A DNA stretch of 64,000 nucleotides from contig NC_087437.1 of NCBI RefSeq assembly GCF_036321535.1, positions 106,332,001-106,396,000 of the forward strand, given 5' to 3'. The stretch is from Camelus dromedarius. Taxonomy: Eukaryota. Positions 14,115-27,858 of the stretch are shown piece by piece. Under the pieces are notes generated by a model. It did no database searches. It had not been told where the DNA came from and saw nothing but the letters and a program-made list of their open reading frames with translations. A program made the position numbers and the translations under genes. Each line of letters starts with the position of its first letter. Position 1 is the first letter of the stretch.

Positions 14115-15327
14115 TCTTTCTCTGTGTGACTTATTTCATTTAGCATAATTTCCTCAGAATCCAACCACATGGCAAATGACAAGATTTCATTCTTTTTAAT
14201 GGCTGAATAATATTCCATTATATATATATATATACATATATATATACACACACACACATATACATACACACACAATTTTTTTTATCCATTCATCCATCAG
14301 TGGACCCTTAGATTGTTTCCAGATCTGGGCTGTGGTAAATGATGCTGCAATGAACATGGGGGCATATATCTTTTCCAGTTGGTGTTATTATTGTTTTCTT
14401 CAGATAAATACCCAGAAGTGGAACTGCTTGATCATATGGTAGTTTTACTTTTAATTTTTTTAGAAACCTCCATATTGTTTTCCATAGTGGTTTTACCAAT
14501 TTACAGTTCCACAAACAGTGCACAAAGCTTCCCCTTTTTCCTTATCATCGCCAACATGCGTCATTTGTTTTTGTTCTGTAATAGCCATTCTAACAGATGT
14601 GAGGTGATATCCCATTGTGGTTTTGATTTCCATTTCCCTGATGATGTTGAGCATCTTTGCATGTACCTTTTGGCCATCTGTATGTCTTCTTTGGAAAAGT
14701 GTCTGTTCAGACCTTCTGTCCATTTTTTAATTGGGTTGTTTGTCTTGGTTTTTTGGTATAAAGTTGTATGAGTTCTTTGTATATTTTGGATATTAGCCTC
14801 TTATCAGATATAAGATTTGCAAATACTTTCTCCCACTCAGTAAGTTGCCTTTTCATTTTGTTGCTCATTTCCTTAGCTGTGCAGATGCTTTTTAGCATGA
14901 AAAAAACTTATTTATTTTTGCTTTTGTCACTTTTGCTTTTGGTGTCAGATTAAAAAATCATCACCAAGACCTATGTCAATGACCTTACTGCTTGTTTTTT
15001 TTTTTTTTTTTCCCTAGGAGTTTCATGGTTTCAGGTCTTACATTCAAGTTTTTAATCCATTTTGAGATAATTTTTGTGTATGGTGTTAAGATAGTGGTTG
15101 AGTTTTATTCTTTTGCATGTGGCCATTTTCCCAACAATGTTTACTACAGAGGGTCCTTTTCTCATCATCTATTCTTGGCTCTTTTGTCATAAATTAATTA
15201 ACCATATGTGCATGGGTTTATTTCTGAGTTTCTATTTTGCTCTATTGATTTACTTATTTATTTTTACACCAATGCCACACTGTTTTGATTACTGTAGCTT
15301 TGTAATATAGTTTGAATTCAGGGAGCA
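13925..15327 (-). mobile_element. L1 3' portion (ORF2 C-terminus remnant plus 3' UTR) with internal (TG)n(TA)n
   Basis: Broken minus-strand frames translate to L1 ORF2 C-terminal motifs ([84 protein letters not shown]). Confidence 0.9.
14030..14110. repeat. Compound (TG)n(TA)n microsatellite
   Basis: Directly visible dinucleotide runs. Confidence 0.95.
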
Positions 15328-17294
15328 GAAACTAGTTACATGATCCCAGAGCAGCAGGAGTGTGGGCTGTGGCTACAAGGCCATGGGGACCATACTGCAT
15401 AGGGAAAATATGAGGCTGATAGTGTAGTGAAATATAGAAGAAGCCAAAGGAGGATGAATGCTGTCTGCTGTGTTTCAGAGTTGGAGGTTCATGAGCCAAC
15501 TGAAGACAATGTATAGGATATTCAGGATTTCAGGACAAAGGCACCAAGTACTCTTATATGCTGGCTGGTTTATGATGATCTCAACTGGGAAAAGTGGGAC
15601 TGCTGGGATGTCTGAAGTCTCCCTCCATGTGGTCTGTCCTCCAGTAATGGCTAGCTTGGGCTTGTTCACATGTAATTTGAAGACTTCCAAAAGCAACAGA
15701 AGTAGCATTTCAAGCTCTTGCGGTCTAGGCTTGGAACTCACTTGCTCATCACATCTACCATACTGTCTGGATCAAAGCAAGTCATAACCCTAGCTCAGAT
15801 TTAAGGAGTGAGAAAATGAATTCCACCTCTTGATAGAAGGAGACGCAAAATATTGTGACCAACTTTGCTATATACCATAAGGACCTTTTAATTCACCGAC
15901 CCTTTGTCTTTATCACTTCCTGGTTCTACTTTCCTCCCTTCTCAGCTTAGATATTTAAATTCATCATGATAATCACTTCTTTGAATTTACACCCATATGA
16001 CTTATTCCTCTGTCCAGTACAGCCAGTTTCATGAATTTACAGCCCTAGAAAACCTTTCCTCTTTCCCTTGCCTGCATACATGTTGCTGAATATTCCTGGG
16101 TGGGGTAGTGGGAACCATGTAACTGGGCTAAATATAGTATTTGTGGACGGAGATTTGAGTTGCTTTAATATTCACTCTTCTTATTTTCTTAAATTATCCC
16201 TGGCCTAGAGGGCCTGACCTTTGGCTCTCTCTCTCTCCCTGTTCTCCTCTATTGTAATAAAGTCTTTGGCAGCATGAAAGAAAGATGAACTCTTTTCTCT
16301 TGTATCTATTCCATGTTGCCACGCAAGTTTCTCCAGAGGCTGTGTTGTAATTATGTTTGATTGGTTGATAATTTCTGAAAGGCAAAATAAACTTTACATC
16401 TGTCTAGATAAGCTTAAAAAAAAAAAAAACACCTCCAAAATTTGATATGCATAGGGCATGCCTTGGACCCATGATTTTCCTTGGAGCTGATCCAATGAGC
16501 AATGACCCTCATGGTGTGAGTTTGCCACCATCAACAAACAAATCATTCTTCTCTGTCCTGGGCCTTCAGTGTGATGTTTCATTCTAATGGAGAGCAAGAA
16601 CATCTCGTCCCAAAGCCTATGGAAGTTGGTGGTTGCCTGGCAACATCATTCCCAGCACAACTTTGTGGCTTTCTAAGCAGAGGAGAGAGGGAACTTCCCT
16701 TCTCTCTCCGCTCCCTGTAAGCCTCTTGTATTATGATGTTGTATTATGTTGAGCTCTGGCTGATTGAAAGCACGTAAGATGATATGAGTAAAAATCCTTT
16801 CAGACAGTCAAATGTGAATACAAGATTGGATTATTACCTCTCATTAAGTCCTATTCTAATCTCCGACTCCTTAGTGCGTTATCTTTGCAGCCAGGATGTG
16901 AATCACTGGTCTTTAATTTCTGGTATATTCTTCTGCTGCAGACAGAACTGCAAGCGTCAGCCCCAACAAGCACATGAACCACCCTCTAAATTCTTTCGCT
17001 CTTCTGTACATAAGTAGTATCTGTTTCTTGGTCTGTCCTTGATCCCCAGTCTCTCACTTCCCAAAGCACTGCAAGGTTGGCGTGTTGGCATCTGTATCTG
17101 TGAATGCCCCTGTTTCCCAGTGAGTTTGATCTACCTAGTTGGTTTGTTTCAGTTATTACTACACATTCTATCTGCTGAACCACATTACTTCTTTCTCCTT
17201 ATGTTGCATACTTTGAAAGCTTTTGTATCATGCATTTGCCAAGCCAAAGCCAAGAGTTCTACAAAGTCATCTGAAAATTATAGAAACATCTAAT

Positions 17295-17755
17295 TGTTGG
17301 GAGCCAAATCTTCACAGAGCTCTCACATTTCTATATGTCTTGGGAGAAGAGCTGCCTTTGTTCCAGGCTCTCTTTTCAAGGTTATTTGTCTTGCAAGCTA
17401 GAGATAGTGTCTCTCTCCAGAGCAGAGCACAGTCTTGCTTAACACTCATAGTAAAATATATAGGTTCCCTTTGCTTGGGGTTCTTCTCCTTTAATACACT
17501 CATTGCTTATATAGGTATGATCTGGCTGTCTTCACTTTGTGGGAACTGGGTCTCGGGGATGGACGCAAATGCTGATAGTCTGGCTGCTGCTGTGGCTCTG
17601 AGTGATAACAGTCCTTTGCCGCTGACCCAGGACTCTTGGGTCTATTGCCTGCATCTATGAGATGACAGCTGGATAACTTGTGGCTGAAAAGTGGGCTAAA
17701 ATATCAGACCCTTCGCAGCTCTGGTCAGGTTCTCAGTAGATTGATGCTCACCAGT
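17295..17755 (+). mobile_element. ERVL-class LTR (MER74/MER73/MER54-like)
   Basis: tgttgggagcc...ctctcacatttct...ctgcctttgttccagg...cttttcaagg matches this LTR group by recall. 3' boundary approximate. Confidence 0.55.
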
Positions 17756-18954
17756 TTAGGAGATATGTGTGTTGGAACATATTTAAAGTTGGACTCAAGA
17801 TGTATTGCTTTTAAGGAACATGTTAGAGATTTTAGAGGCCTGAGCTACCACGAGTTTCTACCAAGGGAGGACCAAATTTGGGATTTTCTTTCAACGCAAT
17901 TATAATCACAGCATTTTTATTAAAAGCTTTTTTTCTGAGATCCTGATTTCCAATAAAATTGAAAATTCCTTAGCTGGCATTCAGTAACCAAGAAAATATG
18001 GACTTGGCTTATCTTACACTTCTACGTATGCTCCAGAATTCAAATGTGAAATCAACTAGTCTACTGCATTAGACAAATATTTCCATCAGCAGATGACATG
18101 CTGACTTACTGGCCATCCCCCCAAACCCTGGTAGTCCATTACTCTTCCCTGTCCTTCATCATCCACATCCAGTCATTAGGGTTACAATATCTCTAATCTC
18201 TTAAATACTTTCATTATTTTCAACTTCATCAGAACTCTACTAGTTCATTAAATTATTGTAATAGCTTCCTAGTTGGTTTCTCCAATTCCTATTTGTATAT
18301 TTAAAATCCATCCTCCAAACTGGGCTCAGGCCATTGTGGACTATACAAAATACAAAACTGACACTGTTCAAAATGCTTTAGCGTTCCCCCTTCCTACTAA
18401 AAAGAAGGTCTTGCACCTTAAGATGGCCTCCATGACCTGATCCTTTCATATCTCTTTCGGGGGTGGTGTGGCTAGTGACTAAGTGCAGGGGCTCTGGAGG
18501 GGAAGTGTCTGTATGTGTATCCTGGTTGCTTCATCTGTGAACTGACTGACCCCAGGCAAATTTAATTAATATTCTGTGACTTAGTTTCCCATCTGTAAAA
18601 TGGGAATAAAAAGATTACCTACAAATAAAAAGTAAAACAATTTTTATAAAACACTCGGTAATGTGTCTGGTACAGAACAGATGTTCTATAACTGGACTGC
18701 TGTTCTCTGTCATGTGCTGTGTTATTTGTCAACCCTTTGTCTTGTTCTATTGTTTTCTTTTGCCTGAAATGCCCTCTCCTTCCTCATGTACGGCAGAGTG
18801 GTTGAAAGCACAGGCTTTGGGATGAGATTGAACTAGGTTTGGATTCAGGACACCTTCATGTATGAACTGTGTGACGTTGTAAAGAGCTCAGCATGGTGAC
18901 CGAAAATTGATTATTATCCTCCTTACCCTCTGAAATCCTACTCGGGGGAAATCA

Positions 18955-19270
18955 TCTGTTTGCCCATTATCTTGCTCAGTCTTTTAGCTCCACACTCTCT
19001 CTCTTCTCAAGTTGGCTTTGTGATGCTGGGTCCCAGTCTCTGCCACCTGCATTTCTGCTTTGTCTGCAGGCTCCCTGTTGGACTCTTCCTCTAGGGGGCG
19101 CGCATGAGAGAGACCGCAGGGCTGGAGGAGGAACAAGGGATGGCTCCTACCTGTTTGTTTCTTGGGTGCTTCCCTCGGGCTGTCTGCTCCTGTGAGCCGG
19201 CAACCCTTCTTCACCTTGGCTGTGAGACCTGAGAATTCTCCTGAGGCAGTTGCCTCAGACATAGAATTCA
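18955..19270. mobile_element. ERVL LTR fragment (LTR41/LTR33-like)
   Basis: ctttgtgatgctggg...tgcatttctgctttg...ggctccctgttgg...tagggggcgc...gagagaccgcagggctggagg resembles LTR41 by recall. Confidence 0.5.
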
Positions 19271-19312
19271 AAGGGGAACCAAAATTCTCAGGAATCCAGG
19301 TTAATTATATTT

Positions 19313-19482
19313 CTTTTTTTTTTCTCTTTGGAGGGGGAGGTAATTAGGTTTGTTTTTTTGTTTGTTTGCTTATTCATTCATTCATTTATTTATTCATTTA
19401 TTTCATGGAGGTACTGGGGATTGAACCCAGGACCTCATGCATGCTATATGTGCTCTATCACTGAGCTATACTGTTCCCCCCG
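19313..19482 (-). mobile_element. Vic-1-type SINE
   Basis: Reverse tRNA-like head (gaggtactggggattgaacccaggacc...ctgagctata) and (ttta/ttca)n tail. TSD ccaggt(t/g)aattatatt at ~19296 and ~19486. Confidence 0.9.
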
Positions 19483-20568
19483 CAACCAGGTGAATTATAT
19501 TCCAATGCAATATTTTTAAAAATATCAAAATTAAATGTGCAAAACCATGATGAACAAAATATCAGAATTTCAGAGACCACTGCCGTGCTGAGGCACCTCA
19601 GAGCCTGAGGCAAAAGGAAAAATGTGCTCCACTGGCTTTAATGGAAACAAACTCATCAACAGTATTTTTTTAAAATGCTATTTTTGCTTATTTCATTTTT
19701 AATTGAGAGAATTACTATGTTTAACTGTTTCCCCTGTCCAAGGGATGATATTGAATAATTTTGAATTAGCTTTTTATACTGATGTAAATTATAACAAATT
19801 AGGTTTGGGTATAAATAAAACATTGAAACTTAATGTTGTGGATATTAGTACACTGACTTTTCAATTTTTCAATATTTTTTCCAACAATTATTCTGGAAAA
19901 ATTCACCATTTAAAAAGTACATAAAATCATATGTATAAGGGTGCACAAGGTTTCATTTCCTCTTGCCTCAGGCTTCAATATAGCTCAGCACAGCACTGTT
20001 TTTTACTTACTTAGTTCAGAATTCTATATTAGTTAACTCTTCTTGATATTAACATCTCTCTGTTTAAATAGCTGATGTGATTTCTTTCTCCTAGATGGAC
20101 CCTGAGTGTCCAAATTCCAAGTGTGAAATGGATTCCCTCCCTTTTTTGAGGACTTTTCCACATTTGTGCTTTGCTCATTTTTCTGTGTCACATGAAATAT
20201 AGTCCTCCCTTTCCTGCACGTGCATTCATCTCTTCTTGTCCAGATTCAATCCATTCTTCAGGATCAGTTCACATGCCATGAAGTTATTCTTCATCCCCCT
20301 GCAAATGAATGTGTTTTCTCATTCCATCAGATCTTGGGCTGTCGGGGAGTTCATGCCATCAGATTCTGCCTTCTTTTGTTGTTATTAGTGCATATTTCTT
20401 ATTCCTCTACCATTGAGCATCTGAATTTAAAATCTTTGAGGATCAGGGACTGATCTCCTTCCGGTCTTCCTCATCTTTGAGCTTTGGTGCATGAGGCACG
20501 TAAAGAATGGGAGACACAGTTGGGTCATAAAATGCTGAGCTTCTGGACAGAAGTGGGAGGCCACATTC

Positions 20569-21736
20569 TGTAGGGGAGCAAAATTTGCCCCCTCTTCACC
20601 AAAATGTGTCTCTTTGGCCTGAAGATTAATTTGGGGTTGATTATCTTTAAGGTCCAAAGGACTCAGGAAGAATTTTTGACCTTCTGTTAGAGCAGGCAGA
20701 TAGCTAGATATGAATACCAGAAAGGGGAACCCCAGCCAAATGGCAGGAATTTGGCAAAAGGTGGGGGCACAGGCCAAATGCAGGAAAACATACATCATGT
20801 AAACAACAAGCGTCCTTGGGCAGACAGAGAAAAACAGGAACCTCAAGACTGATAAGAGATCACAGATTTGGGGGTGACTAGTGTTCTGGAGGCTGACAGA
20901 GAAAGGTGGGAATCTCCAGTGTCTGAATGTAACTTTTGCTCATTATGCCCTCATTTCAATAAAATTAGCCTTGCAGACTAGAAATACCCATCGTGCACTA
21001 TTGCCATGACACCCGATCCAGACTAAATAAGGACAAGAATCCCTCCTCCTTTGGGAAAGTGCAGCTGGGATGAAAATCAGGGACTATGATCCCAAACCCT
21101 TCCTTCCCCGGTGAATATTCTACCCATTCATTTTAACACTCTATATAACCAGCTTGCCAAAGAAACTCAGTGCAGCTGCTCACCTGAGCCTGCCTGCTCT
21201 CATCCTGGGAGTGTACTATCTATCCCTTAATAAATTCTCATTTTACTTTTTGACCTCCGTGTCTCATCTCTAAATTCTGCGATGAAACTTAAGTGCCCGC
21301 AACACTTCCCCCTAACTGCCTGAAAAGATGTAGGTAGAGGACCTGTTAGAAAACTTGGTGTGTAGACGGGAGGAACTCGGCAAAGTTTGTTAGAATTCCT
21401 CTCTCTGTCCTAGTGTCTCTGCGTGGCCCAGCAAACCAACATCAGTGTACCAAGCATTTGCTTCTCCATCTCCATGTGAATTGCCTTCCTCCCCTTTGAA
21501 GTCCCAAACCACCCCCCCCCCACATTCTCATTTGTCCTTAGCTGATGACTGGTATTTAAGGTGATGGCTCCAGTCATCTGGGCCAGATACTCAGTTTTCC
21601 TGGGTCTCTGCCATGTACACATGTTATTACACTTTTGTTTGATTTTTCTCCTGGTGATCTGTATCATGCTAATTTAAACCTTAGCCCAGCCAGAAGAACC
21701 TAAAAAGGAAGAGGTAAATTTCTTTCTCTCCATCCA
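20569..21736 (+). mobile_element. MER34/MER39-like ERV1 LTR, split by a younger LTR
   Basis: tgtaggggagcaaaatttgcc...caaaatgtgtctctttggc start. The sequence resumes as cttccccctaactgcctgaaa after the insert and ends near gccagaagaacctaa...aaatttctttctc. Confidence 0.7.
20685..21304 (+). mobile_element. ERV1-class solo LTR nested in the MER34-like LTR
   Basis: tgttag...gcaaca termini, 4-bp TSD cttc (20681-20684, 21305-21308), TATA-like ctatataa near 21141 and aataaa near 21229. Confidence 0.85.
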
Positions 21737-23254
21737 CTACTAGATGTTCAATCTTTTTTTTTTTTTTTTAAGCATTCCCAATGATCTAAAAGCTTTCTTC
21801 CTTTTGTTGCCATCTCTGCCTAGGTGCTCGAGTTTGATCCTTAAAAGGGGTGATTAACTGCTCTTCTTTGTTTAGCCTGCTGAGCACAGGGTGCCATTTA
21901 AAACAGTCAGGAACAATTTCTCCCTTGAGTTACAAAAAGAGTGATTTCCAGGAGGCAGAAGAGCCCTATGAGACATCTGTCTGTGGGAGCCAAACAGTCT
22001 TTCCATGAATGGCTTCATGAACAAGTCATTTTCCTCACAGAAGAGATGGGCCGTGGAGGGACTTCTTAATGAAGGGGTCACAGCAATTGGGACCAGTGGG
22101 GATATTCTGCTTCCTTCTATGGTAACAAAAATACCTCCCACAAAATTGAAACAGTAGGAGCAGCCCATCCTCTGCCTTCCATAGGCTCCAATTTTGTTCT
22201 TTCAGAAAAGTCAGAGCCCACTGACACTGGGGCTATGGTGTCAGAAGTTGGTTTATTTATACAGTATAAAGACGATAACTTCAAATTGGAAACCAACTGA
22301 TTGCAGACTGCAAAAAGAATTTTCCAAAAACAAATCTACAAGGTCAAGTTTCAGAGTCACAGAAGGGGTAATTTAGACAAACTTGGCCAACCACAATAGA
22401 AGATGGCATATTAAATTACTGCTGTGGAAAAGGAATTTGCGTTTATAGACCTCAGGCAGGCCTGGAACCTTGAGTGTTATTTGAGCTGAGAGCTTGCCCT
22501 GGGAAGCTTGCATCTTTATAATACTGACTGCTGACCCACTTTAAGCTCTTTTCTCCCAAACAGCGGAGGGAAGAAACAGAGTAATGCAGATGGTGAAAGG
22601 GACTCTAACACCTTGTTGTATTTATGTATCTCCTCTTGTGCATTACTTTCCCTGACCGGGCTGATTTAATTCTCATCCTGGGAGCATTATTTATTGCAGA
22701 ATGGATGAAAGACCCAAAGTATCACAGCGGGGTTCTGGTCCTTTAAAGTACCACTCCAGAAGCTCAGTGGGATTTTCTTTTAGAGTCACACACTTTATCT
22801 CTCCTTTGTCACTAGGATGGTCTTTGCAGCACCCTGGTGTAGTGTAGGTAAAGAGACAGCCAGAGACAGTAAATCTGTATTGCCTTACATTGATTTCTTT
22901 CTTATTTCAGTGTTTCATCCACCCACCCAACCGTCCATCCATTCATCCATTCATCCATCCATTCATTAAAGGACTTATACATGATGCCAGCACCTTGCCA
23001 GGAGCTGTTACCTAGCACAAATAGGAAATTCATAATCTCTGTCCCAAGGAACAACGCTCTCTTCTCTAAACCTTCAAGCCTGGTGTAATGAGCATGTTCC
23101 CAGAAGAAGGCTCTCATAAAGTGATAGGCCCTCAAATGGGAAGCTTCAGATGTTCTCCATGAGCTAAGTCAAAGCATCAAGAATTTGGACCTGAAACTTT
23201 CACACAAAAACTTAAGTGCTTTTAAGTGGTTTTTTATCTTAACAACAACAAAAA

Positions 23255-23442
23255 AGTGGTTTCAACCCGGGACAATTTTGCCCTTCAGGGCACATTTTCC
23301 AGTGTTTGAAGACTGGGGAAGGGGTGCTATTATCATCTCATGGAAACAGACCAGGAACAAAGGTAATATGTGACAGTGCCCAGAACAGTACCTCCAACAT
23401 AGAGTCATCTGGTCCAAAATCCAGCAGTGCTGTTGAAGAAAT
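23255..23442. mobile_element. MER20-like hAT element
   Basis: agtggtttcaacccgggacaattttgcccttcagggcacattt...atctggtccaaaatccagcagtgctgttgaagaa. Confidence 0.55.
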
Positions 23443-26178
23443 TGTCTTTTTAACCAATACAGCCATAATAATTTTCAACCAAGGTGGATAACCTTATTTT
23501 GAAAAACAATGTTACATTTGCTGGGTTTACAAATTAACATTTCACATTCACAATGACAAACTGTAACTGGAATTTACATTTACCTTGATGACAGAGCTTT
23601 GTTTTTTTAACAATCTTTCACTCATCACATCGGATGTCGGAAAAAAAGCGAATGTCTTTGGGTCCATAGCTCTGCCTGGCTTTAGCTGTGAGCAGGCAGT
23701 GCCTTTTGATCAGCATCTTCCTGCCCCTAATGGCCTCGGCAGACATTCTGTGCTTGTGCCCCCATCACCTCTCTGCCTCTTTCTCAGGAAGAGTCCTGGG
23801 AGTTGAGTTTCCCTACTTGAGAAATGCGGAACCTGAAACCAAAGGTAGGGCTTAATCAAGGTCGCCCAGCAGGGCTTTCTGGCTCCCCTCCACTGGCTCT
23901 TTGCACACTGGCCCCTTCAGGGGGAACGCAGAATATAAATCAGAAAAGCCGGTCACCTTCAGTCCGCTCCGTGCCTGAAGGCTAATTTAGTCAGGCGGGT
24001 AATTCACACTTTTTTTCCTTTAAAACGTCTATGGAGTGTGAAGAGGGCTTTCAGCCAGGACGACAGGCAAGGAAGTGGAATTTGTTTTTAAGCTCTGTTG
24101 TTGTTATTCTTCTCCAATTATGAAAATATTCTTCGTTTGAAAAGTCTATATGCCCAGGAAAGCTTGGATCAATGTCAGTTTTCTTGAAGTCATTAACTCA
24201 TCACAATTCGATCAAACCAAAGAGTCTGGCGTTACAGCTGCTAGGGGTCTCCCAAGAGCCAAAGGCCCGTCCCAGCCAAAGAAACTGGACGCCATAAACA
24301 AGGGCTGGTCAGTCTAATGAGGAATGTAATGGATGGACTATTAGGCAGTTTGTAAAAAAATGACATGAAAGGACTTGGTTTTGGTTATAAGGATCATAGA
24401 TTTAAGTGACAGTTATTATAAAAGTAATAAAGTTCCCAGCTTAGTCGGGCTAGTTCCTTACTTTTCTTACTCAGGAGGGAAAAGGTTGTAACTGACAGTA
24501 TATATTCATCAGGACGCATCCTCCCCTCCCCCCTCCTTTCCTCTTTACTTATCTTCCTTTCTACTGATTTTTCTTCTTCTTTTTCCTTTATTTTTAACCG
24601 TGACCACCACAGTTCAGATGATACTTGATCTCAAAGACAAATTTAATCAACACTTCCTAAAGCTTTATTTATTCTGTTCAAAACTTGACCCAAGTAGCAG
24701 TGACTTTTATGTCAGGGACCCCACTGAGAAATGGAGATTGGGGTGGTTGACTTTTTTGCAAAGCCATTTTTTTGTTGAGCATACTTGCAGCTACTGCCGT
24801 AAAAGATGGTTTGCAGACTAGTTTAAAATTCAGTAGCTTAGTCTTTGAGGATCCTCACCCTCTCCACATCCCCACCCACCTGCCCTTGGCACCTGGGATG
24901 GACTTGTGTTCTCATCAAGGGAAACGGACTCAGGATTAAGTTACGTAGTCTTTCCAGATCACCCGTTTTTCTCTGCATCACTTTAAAATGTAAATGGCTG
25001 CTTAGTGGTGAATAAATTTGATTTAGTGGTAAATAAATTTCTTTCTCCAGGGTTAGGGAAATCTGAGAGCCTCATTTCATGACACAACAACTCAGCAACC
25101 AAGCATGTTTCTTAATTGTCCTTTCGTCTGAATGTGGCTTGTCCTCATTTCTTACGCTAAAAATGACATATTTAGTAACTCGAAGACAGGCCTTCTAAAC
25201 ATGGTTCCTCTGAAAGCTAAATAACTTAATGAGGCGTTTTCTTCTTTTGGTTGAAGCTAGTGCTCTCTTGGTGCAATTCATAATTGCTTTCCATTAAAAA
25301 GCATGGCTTTGTGTATTAGAATAGAATTTAACCCAGTTTGAAAGGCCAAGGCATGGATGTTCGATGGGAAATCCCCAATGATTCAGTACTATGACTCAAA
25401 GAAAACAAAGGCCACTGGGTTTCTGTCATTATAAATCATACATAAACATTAACATCCCAGAAGATGGCTCTGTGGTTCTTTGAAATAATCTAGAATTAGC
25501 AAACGTAGCCCAATTTTTATCCGTCCACATCTTGTTCTAATAAATCTATGAATTACAGGTTCAAACAACAGAGGAAAACCTCTGAAATCTCAGAGGTTGT
25601 GGTAACGATAGTAACAGTTGATATTGAAAGATTGTATGTATACATTCACACATTTTTCTTTCTTTTTATTTATTTATTTTTTAAAGAAGAGAAAGCCTAT
25701 AGTTTTCAACACATTCTCAAGTGGTCCATGAATTAAAAGAAATTTAGAGCCCCTGCTCAGAACATCTATGTGGTAACGTATTTACCATCCTAACACCAGA
25801 ATGTAAAGTCCGTGAGAGCAGGCGTTCTGTCAGTTTTGTTCACTGCTGTCTCTCCAGTTCCTGGAACATAGTAGGCACTCAATAAATACATGTTAAATGA
25901 AGGAACGAATTACACAAAAGCAGGGTAACATCTCAGTGTTCTCTTAAATAGCTAAACAAACACCAGAGTTTATTCAGTAAGAGTTAAGTGTTGCTGATTT
26001 CTTTTTTTTTATTTGAGCAGGTGATCCAGATCTGATTAAGGTCAATGAAGCAGAATATTCAAAGAGCTAGAAACTCTAATTTTGCAAATACTTGGCTGAC
26101 TGTCACTTTCTCTACTTTTAATTTCATTCATTGGCTCCTGTTGTCTAAGAAAATCTGTGGGTTTTGGTAGAAGGTAAC

Positions 26179-26448
26179 TGCTAGTCACAAGGAGCAGACT
26201 CTTATTTAATTATTTGAGTGCTTTTCTAAGTCTGCGAAGATGCAAGAATTGGGGTTTATAAAATCTTCTCCCAAAAATATCTAACTCCCTGAAGGCCTGT
26301 TCTGCCAGTTTTTTCCCAGAGCACAGAGCACCTCATTCCTGATCTCCACCCTGAACTCTTTTCAGGGTGTGCTGAAGGTCAGTGACTGCAGTGGCCTGTG
26401 ACTTCATTCTTGTAGAACCAAATGGTAAATGACATTTTTTCGTTGTCA
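26179..26448 (-). mobile_element. Partial ERV1 LTR (MER41-like)
   Basis: gtgcttttcta...gaagatgcaagaattggg...cctcattcctgatctccaccctgaactc...gaaggtcagtgactgcagtgg...ttgtca. Confidence 0.55.
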
Positions 26449-27366
26449 GAAGTATAGTGGACCAAAGATATCCATTTCCTTCCATTTTTGCCACATTTAT
26501 TCCCCCTTACAAGCTGCTAATAAAATACACGCTGACAGTGAATTTAACTTTTCTCTCTCAATCTCTGAGTTACCTGGTAAATTTCATTGTTCTCCATTAA
26601 CTGCTTCTTCCTTACTTTACGTTTTTGTGTCATTTCAGCCTAAATTGAGTCAAACTGGGACACCTTTAGGTTATCATTGGCAATAGCTATTGAGTCCCCT
26701 TGAGAGTATTTAGCTTTTTATAAATAGTGACAGTGGCCACAAGGATTATCTTGATAATCATCTAAAAAAAAGACAAGAGCATAGAGACTCTGGACTTTTG
26801 CACATCTCAGCTAAATTCTTTTTAAAAACCTCGTACCATCTAACACTATTTTTTAATCTTTTACTTTGAAATAATTTCAGACCTACAAAAAGCTGCATAA
26901 ATGGAAAAGGCACTCCATACACCCTTCATCCAGCTTCCCCTAATGCTCACATCATGTAATCACAGCACAGTTATAAAAATCAGGAATACAGTACTGTTTC
27001 GATTTAAAATGCTGTATCCCTGCTGATGGTGTGGTGCCATTGTTACGCTTTTCGCTCTCATCTTATTAGAGCTTCACTTTGCCACCTCAGAAAAGGTAAA
27101 ACCAAATTCTGGAGAGGGAGCCACTCATCACAGGCAGTCTTGGGAGATGGACTCAGTCTCTAACCCTGTGCTCTCTGAGCTGGATTCTGCTTTCTCATTA
27201 GCGCTGGGCTCTGTGATGCCAAATGCCATTGTTTTAGCCCGGAGCTCAGAATCTTGGCTTGCTGTTTCTGTATTAAGAGAAACTTCTCATCAGGGGGCTC
27301 ATGTTAATCAACCTAACTCTCCATCTCATGTCCGTGCATATGCTCTACTTAATAAGAGGTTTAAGT

Positions 27367-27500
27367 GGGGAGGGTATAGCTCAGTGGTAGAGTGCATGCC
27401 TAGCATGCATGAGGTCCTGGGTTCAATCCCCAGTACGTCCATTAAATAAATAAATAAGCCTAACTACCTCCCCTACAAGAAAAAAGAAAAGCAAAACAAA
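27367..27500 (+). mobile_element. Vic-1-type SINE
   Basis: ggggagggtatagctcagtggtagagtgcatgcctagcatgcatgaggtcctgggttcaatccccagtac, then a (taaa)n tail. Confidence 0.92.
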
Positions 27501-27502
27501 GA

Positions 27503-27858
27503 AAAATATGAGATGGTGGCTCATATGTGGAATCTAAAAAAAAAAAAAAACATAAATGCAAAACAGAAACAGACTCATAGACATAGAATACAAACTTGTG
27601 GTTGCCAAGGGGGAGGGAGGTGGGAAGGGACAGAGGACAGACAGGGAGTTGTAGATACTGATAGGTATATATAGAATAGATAAACAAGATTATACTGTAT
27701 AGCACAGGGAAATATATACAAGATCTTGTGGTAGCTCACAGAGAGAAAAAACGTGGCAATGAATATGTGTATGTTCATGTATAACTGAAAAATTGTGCTC
27801 TACACTGGAATTTGACACAACAAAATGACTAAAACTCAATAAAAAATGTTTAAAAAAA
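27503..27858 (+). mobile_element. L1 3' end directly fused to the SINE tail
   Basis: tcatatgtggaatctaaaa...agactcatagacatagaatacaaacttgtggttgccaagg...ctcaataaaaaa. Same subfamily as 337-610. Confidence 0.88.

Noticed and set aside
14308..15310. Cluster of overlapping ORFs as a gene
   Set aside because: Frameshifted L1 ORF2 remnants and their antisense frames.
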